This document shows, piece by piece, positions 1 to 12,606 of a stretch of 64,000 nucleotides of DNA; the first letter of the stretch is position 1, and the number at the start of each line of letters is the position of its first letter. A program made the position numbers and the translations under genes. Where the stretch lies: positions 1 through 64,000 of the forward strand of contig JAANOX010000245.1 of the NCBI GenBank assembly GCA_020184695.1. Reading direction: 5' to 3'. The notes under the pieces were generated by a model that searched no databases, was not told where the DNA came from, and worked only from the letters and a program-made list of their open reading frames with translations. Source of the stretch: Histomonas meleagridis 2922-C6/04-290x. Lineage: Eukaryota > Protista > Parabasalia.

Positions 1-1443
1 AATAAATGATGACATAAACACCTCACCTAGATCTCGATTATAATGAGTTAAAACTGTCAAAAATTTATTGTATTTTTATTTTAATTTTGATTTTATTCTT
101 ATTCTTATTCTGCTTATAAATTTTTTTTTTATTTTTTAAATAAATCTTTTAGTCATTTCAATATACACGATACATAGCGGTTAACGATAATCATATGAAC
201 GGTCTACTCCAAAAATTTTTTTTTCTTAAATTATTGTGTCTTTTAAAATAGATCTTTAAATAGTATTCTGATAATATTTGAATAATATATACATGCAAAA
301 TAATTTAAATATATTCATAAATTACATAAATGTATCGAAAAAAACGCATTAAACAAATATGAGTGTCACTTTTTGTACTTTGGGTGTCATGTCACTTTTC
401 ATATGCGTCACTTTTTGTACTTGTACCTGTTTAAACGTTATGACAATAAACGGTCAAAAAGTACAAGTACCGTTTTCTGAAACCCAAGTGCTCATTCGAT
501 ATATTCATAAGACTACATTATTAAATAGCTATACTTATTGGTATCTTCAGAATCTTTCCTAATACGATTTCATAATTTGAATTATGCCTATCTTTGGAAG
601 CACACACTTGCAGTACATAATGTGTGATATCATAAGCTCGACGATTCGATACCACTTTTTGAGTACATCCGAAAAGTGGTATCGGCGGATAATTCGGGGG
701 TTCCCTGTTATATGTATCGTTCGAAAAGTTGGCTGAGTAAGTTTTTTGTATTAGCTCATATAATATATTGTATAAGCACATTCAAAAAGTGGGAAAGGTG
801 AAGTTGTACGGATTTCCTCGTAGCACAATCTTCGATCGTCTTGTCGTAAGTCGAAATGTGGTAGGTATATAATGAGGATAACAGCTGGAGAATAATAAAA
901 CGTGGTCACTGGAATGATTTTTCATGAAAAATTAAAATTTACCTATGTGATTATGGTATGGGGAGCTCTACACACACACAGCATACATTCCACTTCGTTT
1001 CAGTATGCACTCGCTTCGCTCGGTGTGTGGCTTCGCACTATGTGCTCAGCGTCAGTATACATAATCAGCATCAAATAAGTTATTGTATATATATATATAG
1101 ATTAATAGGTATGTGATTGTATACATAATCCATTGAATATGTAATTATGTATATAAATATTAAATATATATTTATATAAACCATTCATTTGTATAGATAA
1201 ATTATATATTATATATATATTATTTATATTATTTTCGTTTATTATTTCATCAAAAAAATAGAACCTGAAAAAAGTTCAAAATAGTACATTTGTATAAAAA
1301 ACCTTACTTCCATCTGACACATGTGTCGTATAATAAATCATTATAAATTCATATATATTCATCGTAATAGTATGTTTTTACAAGAATCACTATAAAAATA
1401 AAGCAAATCACCGTGTTTTCTGTTTAAAGTATTCCCGTTCGCT

Positions 1444-1750
1444 CTATGAGTACAAGTCAAAAAATTGGCGTTCAATAGTACTCATTTTATTTGTATATCC
1501 TCGCAAATAACTTGCTGGTATAGTATATTTATAAGATTTCTTATTAGGGACTTCAAACAATACAGTATATTTATTTTTAGCTTTATTATAATCAAGTATT
1601 TTAATAACTTCACCATTCCATTTATTAGGTATAGTATTCGCAAATTTGGGTTTGTGATGATAATTATCTACAACAATTAATTGATATCTAGGCTTAGTTA
1701 TGACAGTTCCATCTTTAGCGATAAGTGTATACATATTACCTATTCTATCT
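1444..1750 (-). pseudogene. C-terminal fragment of a Maverick/Polinton-type integrase
   Basis: Frame DRIGNMYTLIAKDGTVITKPRYQL...WNGEVIKILDYN...YTIPASYLRG...IERQFF resembles, from recall, the C-terminal region of parabasalid Maverick integrases. It is truncated at ~1750 and has no catalytic core. Confidence 0.5.
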
Positions 1751-2144
1751 AAGCAAAAACAAGAAATGTTAGCAGAAACTAAGCTTCAACAACAATTATA
1801 TTAAGATGAAAAATCAAGTAGAGAATATGTTAAAAAGAACGACGTAAATTAAACAAACAACGTGATATAGAAAATGAAAAATATTCTAATATACTATATG
1901 AACTAAAGAAAACACAACATAATGATATTGATGAATTAAAAGATAAAAATGCTACTATACAAGCACAATTAGCTGAAGAAAAATAATTTTATTACGAGAT
2001 AAACAATTTGAACTCGAAAAAAATGAATATTATCGTAAAAATTGTAGTCTTCAAAAAAAAATCACAAAAAATTAATGAAAAAAACAAGGTATTGCAAAAA
2101 GTATTAACATCAGATGATTCTACAAAAGCTAATGTAATAGCAAA

Positions 2145-2330
2145 AATTCGGGCACTCTCCAAGCAAAAGGGAGAATTTGAATACCTTCCTATCAAAAAGT
2201 GGAAATGCCTTTCAATTATGCGTGATTTTTGTGAATAGCATTGAAAAATTCACATTCAAAATATTTTTGTGAGAAATTATTCCTTACCAAATTTGATCTC
2301 TATGTTTGACATTTTTCGACATGAAAATTT
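2145..2330 (-). repeat. Dispersed repeat family copy (other copies ~19435-19600 on + and ~9162-9225 on +)
   Basis: Reverse complement aligns by eye with 19435-19600 (shared CATTTCCACTTTTTG...AGGTATTCAAATTC and TCTCACAAAAATATT...TTTTTCAATGCTATTCA). The core recurs at 9162-9225. Confidence 0.7.
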
Positions 2331-2438
2331 CTGAAAATTTATAGAAAGTCAATCAACACTGGGTTACATTGATTCTTTATCATTGAGTTTATTTTTAAAA
2401 TTCATCAAAAAAAATAATAAACACTAGTGGAAATTACT

Positions 2439-5400
2439 TTACTCATCAACTTGATTAAAAATAGCTGCATTATTTTCAGTATAGCCTTGATACGTATTCA
2501 TTTGTTGTTTATCTTTTTTCTTTTTATACAAGAAAACGCCAACAATTATTATTAACACGACCCCTACAATCGCTGAAATCATTAAAACAGAATTTTTTAT
2601 CAAATCTGTTTTATTAGAGGAACTGTTATCTGTTGTTTTTGGTAAATGTGGTGCTGATGTTAAATTTACATTGATACATGTCATAACTTTTTTCTTTAAT
2701 GTATTAACTTTATTTGAACAAAATGCTTATAATAGTGAATTTTCTCCATTAAAATCTTCAATGCTTGAATTAAAATAAATTAATTTTAGATAATCATTGC
2801 AATTAGTCAGATTAAAATATGAATTATCTGTACCATAAATTTCACTTGTAGAACCAATAGAATTATTAATATCATTTTTATATTCGGTTGGTATATAATT
2901 CATGATAATTTGTTGAGGTTTAGAAATTAATGTATTCGTTTCTATTATAGGAATTCCTCCTAAATAATAATTATATATAATGTTTTTATGATTAAAAATT
3001 GTATCAGTTATTAACGAAGTATTTGGTTCCATATAAATATTATTTGCATTAATTTTACCTTTAATCGTAATTAAAGCTTTAATAATTATATCACTTGCGT
3101 AAATTTCATTGTTCTTTTTATTTGGATTCTTTGATCTAACTTTAAATTGTGAATCTGACAGAAATACAATGTTATTGGATTGGATTTCACCATTAATATC
3201 AATAATTACATTTCCATTAATTTTTATTGGTTTTTCTATAATAAACTTTCTTTGTCCCATATTTAAGTTAATTTCAATATTACCAATACCTTCAAAGTTA
3301 GAATTTAAATTAGATGCAACATTATTTAGTATTAAATTACCTCTTCGTCTAATTACAATTAGTTGTTCTTGATTTGTTATTTTTTTTCATTCTCCAATAA
3401 AATTAATTATAGTTTTCTTACCTTTAGGTGATACATCTACTTGAAATCCTGGAATTGAAGTTGTTCCTCTTTCTAATATTAAATTGATAGAATTTGATGT
3501 TGTAAATTGTGTTTCTAAAATATCTTTAATATTATCTTTTGAAATTGATGTTTTTTTAACAACAATTCCTTTTGTTGTGACTTTTATATTTGATATTTCT
3601 TGATTAAATTGAACAGTTAAGTAGTTGAATTCAGTATGAATTAAGTCTTTATAAGCTTGAAAATTTAAATAAACCTTTTTTCCTGTAAAATTAATTTTTT
3701 CGTTATTTTTTTGTGAAATTATTGATTGTGAAAGGAAGAATTTTGGCCTATTTACTTCATAATAATTATTTATTTATGAATTTTGAAAATTGATAGAAAG
3801 ATTAGTGTTTGAAATATTGAGTTTAGAAATATGATCTCTAAGAGATAAATCCATATTAATACTGATATTAGATTGAGTTTTTGATGAAATTGTAACTTCA
3901 GATTTTTGTGTACGTAAACATGTTAATGGAATTGATGTTTTACTATTATCTACATTTATTTGCAAGTTAATTAATTTTGATCCAGGATGAATACTTTTAT
4001 ATATATTTTCCATAGTTTCTTTATGAATTACTAAAAATCCTTTATCACATTCTTCTCCAATACAATATTTTTCATGCACGAATGGTGGAAGAGCTTTAAA
4101 AACTAATTGAACACAACTTAAACTATCATTTTTTCCATATGTTAATTCTGCAAACTTATAAGAAATTTTACCATATTTAGATAATTTGCTATTGATAAAA
4201 TTAAGTTTCCATGAATCCTTTGCTATTGATTTTCTGGAACAAACTAAATTTATGAGAATATTTAATATAGTTTTAAGAGACTCAAAATCAAAAAAAGTTT
4301 CACTTACATCATATCTGACGTTCAAATTAAATTTAGATCCTTCTATAGGTATTATTGGAGATTCTGTTATAATATATCCATGTGAAAATTGTACATCTTC
4401 TTCAACTGTTATATCAAATGTTAAATGTCCATTAGAAACAAGATTAAATTCTTGAAGATATTTTGAATCATTTTTCGTAATTTCCATATTTTTGAAAACA
4501 GTAAATATATTATTTGAAATATAATCACCTTGAGGTTCATATGCTAGCACTAAAGTAAGCGTTGATTTCGAATTAATTTTTGAATTATTTAATCCATATA
4601 TCCTTTTTGCATATAATGTTACAGGATTTTGAAGATTCGTTTGTATAGAATCGAATTCATTGTTAATCTTAATGAATCCATTAATTCCAACTTTTATTAA
4701 GATAATAATAATATTTAGTTCTTCATCACAATCATTAATTATATTCGCTGGAATATTTTGTGCGCCAATTTCGATTTTTGCTTTATGTTTTTGGATAATT
4801 TCAAAAAATTGTTCATCATTATTTTCACAAAGTGAAAGTGGCCAAGAAGTATTAGGAAAGTTGATAGTCCCTTCTATTAGTATAAAGTCAAAATGAAACA
4901 TTTCATGTGAATTTAACCAACCTTCATAGTTAACAATTAGTTTGTTCTTAATTTTTTCAAAATTAACTTTTGGAAAAACAAAAGTCGATTTTATGGTTAG
5001 TTTATAAGAACATTCGAAAGGAATTAAATCAAATTGAAGATGTGAAATTAATAAGTTAAGATTTGTTCTAATATCTTTGGAAATTTTGACTGAATTTGAA
5101 TACGATTCAAAGAATTTAAGATTGATAATGATATTCGATGGAATTGAACTATCAATATTTAATAACTCAAATTCAAGTACTTCAATTAACGAAGCAGAAC
5201 AAAGTGAATTAGTATCAGAGATTAATTTATAGCATGAAATACTAAGATTTTCGTCTGAATAAAGAAAAGAATTCTTAAGTGTAAGAACATTTTTGATAAT
5301 AACATCATTAATAATATTCGCACTGATATTTTCGAGCAAAAGTTCTTTGTCTTTATAATTTGATTTTGAAAATTCAAGACTTACAAATGAATTGGTTGAT

Positions 5401-5633
5401 AAACAAATGATTTCGAAATCTTCTTCTCGGTAAGAAGCATCTATGGTTACTGAACTTGCATTTCCATTAACATAAAGTTTGGTATATCCTGAAATTAAAC
5501 TTTGATCAAATTTAGGAATTGGGATGAATTTTGCATTTAAACCTTCGCACAAATTTGAAGTTTGTGCGATGCAAATACTTTTACTTGAACAAAATTGTGT
5601 TAGCAATGATAAAAAATACAGAGAAAATTCCAT
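2439..5633 (-). pseudogene. Large single-pass membrane/surface protein gene with three in-frame stops
   Basis: Signal-peptide-like start MEFSLYFLSLL at 5633. ORFs 3774-5762, 2727-3260 and 2439-2684 plus the gaps between them lie in one frame, broken only by TAA 3774-3776, TGA 3387-3389 and TAA 2727-2729. C-terminal TM segment (SAIVGVVLIIIVGVFLY) is followed by KKKK. Confidence 0.75.
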
Positions 5634-6962
5634 AATTCGTTTTGTACATTTGAAGGAGATTGAATGCATCGTTTCTAACGATTTTTTGTATACTTTCTGA
5701 TCGGATGACAAGATTTTGAGCGGAAATTGACGAGTGATTTGAATGATATTGTTAATTAACATTTATTATTCAATGAATGCCAATTTAATTAAATTATTTC
5801 AGATTTATTCTAAAACATATTCATTTTTTATTTAAATGATAATAATCAAATATTACTTAAACTCATCGATATATCAAGTTGCGTAAAAAATTTTGTACCT
5901 GAAAAAGGAACACTGCCCTCTGGCATGACTGAATGTATTTTTATCAGAGGTCTTTGTAAATTACTCAACTAAATAATAGTTACATATTATATTATTGATA
6001 TATATTATTTTATATATTCTGGATATTCGATGATAGATCTGATCTTCACTTTTTATGAATCTTCTCGACATTCTTTGTATATACTGTGTTTTCTATTCGT
6101 ATATTCTTCATATATGTTTTTATATTATTTAAAAATGATTAGAAAAAATATTTTATTACAAACTTTATTCCAAATACATTCATGTGTTTTTAAGTGATAG
6201 GGGGGATATGAAATTTTGGAAATATTTTTTTTTCCGATATCCGATTAATCAACAATTTAAATAAATTATATATATATATAATATAATATGTTTACTATAC
6301 AAAATTTTGGGCCTATTTATTCTCTAAAAAAAACGTAAATTCTTTTTTTCTTGAATGATTCTTCTATCTTATAAGTCTTCAAAAATAGTACATGTATATA
6401 ATAAACCGAAGTTGTAATGTTCTACCAATAGGTAGTGAGTTTAAATTTAATATTATGAATAGAATTCAGGAATTACTTAATGTATAACTTTTTTATTTAC
6501 AAAACATTTATATGAGAAATATAATTATCCTAAAATATATTCATACTAATTTTACTCGATAACTATGAATCAAAAAAAAAAAAAAAATATCAGAAAAGGC
6601 AGATTACCGATATATTATATGAGGGCAAATAAAGATTGATTTCCACATCACAATATATAGTGAATAAAATATATTTTTAATAATATTATTTTATTATATA
6701 AGATGTGTATACTAATTACATATGATTAAAGTAAACTAACTTTATTTGGTGAAGGAAAAAATAGATTGAAATTTTGATGCCTAAAATTTCATCGAAAAAG
6801 TTTAAAAAAATATTGGTTGTAATCGTGTAAAACTTTGTAAATAAATTTCTATTTTACATTAAATAATGAATTCAAAACCGCATATATAGGAATAAAGAAT
6901 CCTATTAGAGAAAATAATATATGCATTTATAAACTTTAAATATGATATGTAAAATTTTGAAA

Positions 6963-8049
6963 AGTTGGCGACCGTTATGAGCAATTTTTTTTGGTGACGA
7001 TTGACGATCAAAATGAATTGAATTTAATAAATAAAGTATTCAATTCAGGCTATCAGGCGACCGTTATGAGCTATTTCTTGTAATTTCTGCTAGGTAATAT
7101 AATCTTGCTCAGGTACCATTAACGTCCTCCGCAAGATGAAGGCCTAGCAAAAATTATTTTTATTTTTAAACGTCCTCAAATAACGGTCTTTTGAAAAATA
7201 AAATTAAACCTAACCCCCACCCCTAGTACACTTTATACTGATCACCTGTCTACGCCCTTTTATAAAAAAAGTGCTCCGCGGAGTCGGGCTTCGGCAGGTT
7301 TGTGATAAATGCACTCATTCGCCATTAGGGCTCTCTTTGGGGAAGGGGGTACCTTGGTTTAAAGAAAAAGAAAAAAAGAAAAAAGTTCTCAATTGCCCAT
7401 AGAGTGAACAAACTTTGTTATTATCACTTATGTGCTGAGTCGAAAAGAAAAAAAATTTTACCAGAAAAATCGAAAAAAAAAGAAAAAACCTTAATATCAA
7501 TTGAATGGTTTACATATTACAATTAAAAATTAAAATAATAATTAGAATTAGGAACAATTAAAACACTTGGGGCAGATACTTCAAAATTAGTTTCACGAAT
7601 ATAAAATACAAGAGAATTATTAAATGTAAAAAAACCAACTATACGATCATTAACTGATGGAAAAGTAGTACCAAAATCATATAAATAATAATAAAAAGTA
7701 CCTGAACTAGAAAGTGAAGATTGATGAATAAAATTAACATATATCTCTGTATATTCAGAATTGGGTTGATTGAGTTCAAATTGAATAATTACATAATAAT
7801 GTGTGGAATCAATTGATTGATCTAAATTCGATGTATAAGTAAATTGTGTTAATGGAATAAAACCAGAAACATCAGATATAGAAATAAAAGATATTGGTAT
7901 ATTAACTCTAATAGTAGAGCCAATTTCATAAGCAACACGTTTAGTACTAGTACCACCAGGATAATTAACAATGTTTTCTTGAATAGTATAATCTGGAATT
8001 TTACCATTGTTCTTAGAAGGACGTTAATGGTACCTGAGCAAGATTATAT
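6963..8049. mobile_element. ~1.1-kb repeat (paralog at 35002-36009) with a perfect 32-bp inverted repeat enclosing a start-less beta-rich ORF
   Basis: 6963-7972 aligns with 35002-36009. ATATAATCTTGCTCAGGTACCATTAACGTCCT at 7097-7128 is exactly inverted at 8018-8049. The minus-strand frame ...ENIVNYPGGTSTKRVAYEIG...SNYYFNF is open. Confidence 0.8.
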
Positions 8050-9789
8050 ATTAATTTGTAAAAATTTTTTTGTTACAAATTTTGTAATTTCAAAAATTCG
8101 ATTTTTTAAAAATCTGTATTTATTATTCTTATTTGATAATTTATCTTGTTATATTGTTTATATTTTGTTTAGTTTGAATTTTTTATAGTAAATTTCGAAA
8201 TTTTGAAAATTTGATTTTAAAAAAATATCGGCATTAATCAATCCTATATTGTCATAAACCTCAATGGTTTAAGCACACTCTAGTTCCATTAGATTTTTAC
8301 ATAAATTTGATGTCAAAAAAACATATTAATTATAAAAAATTAATATATCTCATTAATAAACTAAACATATGTCAAAAACTTTGATAGAATATTATTATAA
8401 TATATTTTAACGATTGAATTTTTCCGAAATAATGCGATTTAAAAAATTCCTCAATTTCGGAACAACCACATTACTTATGTTTAGTAATGTATGCATATTT
8501 ATTAACCAGAATTTTGTCCAACCAAATATATTGTAATCTTGAAAAAAAAATTAAATAATTTTTTAAAGAATGATGTTTATTCAATTATTGAATAATGATT
8601 CAATATTTATACGTATAATTCTGCGTCAAAAGCTGTTAATTACAAACTCATTTATTCAAAAAGTGAACATTTCTTCGAAGAATTACTAAATACACAAGTT
8701 CATTTTTGAGCGATTATATTATTACTTTGTAAATTTTTCATTTTTGTATGCAAAAAATAGTGAAATAATATATTTCATTGTGAAAAAATGTTAGAATATT
8801 TTTTGAAATTTAAATCTTATGAAATATATAATATTTAATGACAAAAAATTGAAATAATTCTTCATTGATAATAATCTATTTTCAAATTTTACCAAAAACA
8901 CGGGAATTCAACATATTCATAGTCCCATATGTACATGAATGAATATTTAAGAATATTCTTAAAAATTAATAAGAAAACTTGTGTATAAAGTTATTATCAT
9001 TATGTTAATTGATTTAGTGATAGATTGATGAAAAATATGGATTTTTGATCATTTTTTAATATGATTACAATTAGTTGATCTTTTAAATCATAGTTATGAT
9101 TAATATTTATGAATAAACTTATTATTAATTACAAAAAAATAGTTCAACATAAATACATTTTCATTTCCACTTTTTGAGAGGAAGATATTCAAATTCTCCC
9201 ATTAGGTCGAAGAGTACTGACCTAGATAAACAAAAATTAATTGCATCAACTCATTCATCACAAGAGGAATATGATAATATATTTCGTGAACATATCTATT
9301 ATGCAAGGTTATTTTGCGAATGATTCGAATGAATCATCTGATCAGAATATGATTACATATACTAATAACACAAGAAATCTAATAAATTCATAAGTCAAAA
9401 ATGATATCAGTTAATTTTTTAATTTAATAAAAATTCATACTAATAAAACATAATTAATATGTAGAACATGACAATTCATAAAAATTTATATGCGAAACAA
9501 TTGATATTATTGATCATTTTATATAATATTAATTAAGTCAAAAATTAATTTTAATGTAACATTGATATAAAATTTGTGTTGTAATACATAGACGATTAGA
9601 TATTTTACAATATCATAATTCTTGATCGTAATTTAGTTTAATATATAATAATCGTTTCTTTTGATTCATTTTAATTAGTGCAATGTATAATGTATGCAAT
9701 GTCGATAACTTGCTATTTAATAATATTTGTTTCAGCATTTTTGCCAAATTTTATTTTTGATCAAAAAACATGGCGAAAATTGTAAATTA

Positions 9790-11056
9790 TAGGGGGTGGA
9801 AAAAGTGCGTTCGTCAGCCTTTTTTTTAATGAATAAAAAAGTAAAAGAAATTTTGTTTATTTATTATGATATGTATTCACCTTGAGTTACGATTGAAACT
9901 AAAAGTCTGTTCATCCATTCATTATATACGGCTCTGAAGGTGTCTTTAGGAATATTATTCAGTAATGTTTCAACCTTTCGAAAAAGTTGATCTTCATTTT
10001 CAAACTCCTCACCTTCGAGCATTTTTTTTAGATATCCGAACAGAAAAAAGTCAGGAGGTGCGAGGTCTGGCGAAAACGTGGGTTGCGGAAGTCTTTTAAT
10101 CCCCAATTCATTCAATTTTTCATGAACCAAATGAGGCCGGGCGTTATCCATATGCAAAAAATATCCCTTCGTTGAAATTCTTTCTGCCAAATCTCCAAGT
10201 ACAACTTCAGATTCGATTAAATTTTTGGCCTATCGGGAGCATTGTTATTGATTTGATACCAGTTATAGACCATATAACAGATATCATTGCTTTTTTGGAG
10301 GCAATAGTTTGTTTGGGTTTGTATGGTTTTTGCACTCCAGATTCAATCCACATCGAGTTTCTCCCGTTAACAAAATAAATCCAGGTTTCATCTTGCGTCA
10401 ATAGGTGTCTTAGTCTGTAGTCATTTGAACTAGAAAGGAATTCAAATAATTCAGAAGCAATGGCAGCTCTTTTGGCTTTAATTTCTGGAGTCAACTTATG
10501 TGGGATCCATTTGAAGTTAACTTTTTTTATCCCTAAAATATTAATCATTATATTTTTCACTGTTTTTGGATCTGCGCCTACATTCTTCGCAATTTTCTTC
10601 GTCGATGCATATGGATAACTTAATATAAAACTGGTTATTCTTTGATCTAAATCTGATCTTCTTGGTCCCTGTTTTTTTCTGTTCGAAAATTGAGAAGGTA
10701 TGTTCATTCATCTTTTTTGTCCATTTCTGAACTGTTCGAAGTGTAATAATATTATCACCATATACAGCACATAATCGCCTATATATGTCTTGATTTTCAT
10801 TTGATTCTAACCAAAGGAAATGGACGACAGAACGTAATTCCTCAATTGGAACTGACATTAATATGATTAAACGTTCTCTTTCAGAGGTATCCTGAAAAAA
10901 AGTAGTTTTACTTCATGCATCATATTTATTTGGAAAAAAGTATTATAATAATAATGATAATATATTTATTATAAATTTTATTTATATAATTTGATTTCAT
11001 TAATATCTAATATAAATCAAAAAAAAAGCTGACGAACGGACTTTTTCCACCCCCTA
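9790..11056 (-). mobile_element. Mariner (Tc1/mariner) DNA transposon, full length, defective
   Basis: TIRs TAGGGGGTGGAAAAAGT(G/C)CGTTCGTCAGC at both ends. TA target duplication is confirmed by the empty paralogous site near 19957. Transposase lies inside. Confidence 0.92.
9864..10858 (-). pseudogene. Mariner transposase with two frameshifts
   Basis: Three overlapping ORFs give the N-terminal HTH (LRSVVHFLWL...TLRTVQKW), then WIPHKL and TQDETW, then HMDNARPH and FSPDLAPPDFFLFG. Confidence 0.9.
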
Positions 11057-11292
11057 TATTTAAAATGACATTTAATTAAAATATTTTTTCAGAAAACGAA
11101 TTGAGAGTCATTTTTTGAATGCGAATTACGCCTTATTCCAATTTTACATAATGATTGAATGGCCCCCACTTTTTGAATACTACTCATTCAAATTTCCCAT
11201 GATTGTAGGACAAATTAAAGCAAATACAAGGAATCCTCCAATACATCCAGTAAACAACCCTTTAAATTAGGGTACCCTAAATTCATTTGACA

Positions 11293-11517
11293 ATGGAACG
11301 TGAGTACCCAGTCCGATGCATCCTCGACCACTACTTCCGCATGGAAGGCAACAACGAAGTCCTCTACTTCGTGTTGCAGTGGGAGGAGGGTTCGATCACG
11401 GCAGAACCATCAAATTGTCTCACAAATTGCCGTGATCTTTTACGAGATTACCTAATGAAGCGACTCGGGGAGGAAAAATTAGACCAAATACAAGGAATTC
11501 TCCAATACATCCAGTAA
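11293..11517 (+). CDS. Small chromodomain-like protein (74 aa)
   Basis: YPVRCILDHY...YFVLQW...TAEPSNCLTNCRDLLRDYL matches the chromodomain pattern YxVExILDH...YLVKW...TWEPxxNLxNCxxLL. Inr-like TCATT lies just upstream. Confidence 0.55.
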   Translation: MEREYPVRCILDHYFRMEGNNEVLYFVLQWEEGSITAEPSNCLTNCRDLLRDYLMKRLGEEKLDQIQGILQYIQ

Positions 11518-12606
11518 ACAACCCCAAACAACATTTTTTTTTATCCTTTTAATTCATTGTTGTATCTAAAATATGAGATTAATTTTTGCATCTTTATTCT
11601 CAACCGGAAGATACTGATCAATAAACTATTCAAACAAGGGGTACCTATTAGTAAACTATTCAATTTTACACCCCATTCGTACTCTATCCAACATTCAAAT
11701 AGTGAAGTGATGTAAACCATTCAATTGATTTCAATGGTTTATGAAAAAGTAATATTTGAATAGTACGATAGATGAACGTTAAAGGAAAAAAATGCCAAAA
11801 TGACTGTAAGATTCGAAGTTTCGATCATAGTTTTTGTCATAATATACGATCATAAAATTGAATAGCGATAATGTTGATTTCTGAGAGATTTGATCACAAT
11901 GATTTTTTGAACTGAGTAAAGACTGTACTATCAAATATTTTTTGTTTAAATAGTTTACTGATCGTTTCCCATGATCTCGAAAATTAATTTATATCTTGAG
12001 TTAGTACATAACTGTAAAAATTGAATCTATCGTTAATTCAAAAGTGGGAAAATACGATAAAAATCAATTCATTTTTTTAACACTGATCCCCTGTCCATAA
12101 AAAATCACATAAAAATCATTATACATTTATTCATTCAAATGCGTCACCTTTCGAACGTTGAAAAATATTAATGACATTAAGTTTTTATTCATAAAACATT
12201 TTGAGATTGTTCATTTTGATTTTGAGGCATTATTGAGTTAGCATAATTTTGTGAAACATTTAATTTATTTACATAAACATTATATTTATTAAAATCATCA
12301 TTAAATATTTGATTTAATAATTCCATTATAGATATTTGATAAGCTTTATCTAATTGTTCAGGTGTTATATTTTGTAATAGATTTTTAATAGTAGGATGAT
12401 ATTTTTCATCTATAAATTTATAAATTTGTTTTTCTTAATAAATTATGATATTTATTATACACAGTTACAGTTAATGTTATTACATTTTTTTATTTTTACA
12501 ATAGAAAACGAAGGTTTAATATTTATAGCACTAAAATCACAATCTTTTAAATTTAAAGAGCTTCCATTAATAATAATGAAATGATTTTATAAAATTATTT
12601 TATTTT

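Larger units (their letters stand above)
9644..11212 (+). repeat. Dispersed repeat (~300 bp) split by the mariner at 9790-11056; uninterrupted paralog at 19819-20118
   Basis: 9644-9789 plus 11057-11212 align colinearly with 19819-20118 (GCAATGTCGATAACTTGCTATTTAATAAT; GAATGGCCCCCACTTTTTGAATACTAC). Confidence 0.85.

Noticed and set aside
521-781. ORF with RRAYDIT resembling the E2F/DP RRxYD motif
   Set aside because: No other E2F features, and it overlaps a hairpin-rich non-coding region.
7315-7500. 61-aa ORF MILRFFLFF (also at 35355-35540)
   Set aside because: It reads through poly-T tracts downstream of the beta-rich ORF and is preserved only because the non-coding DNA is near-identical.
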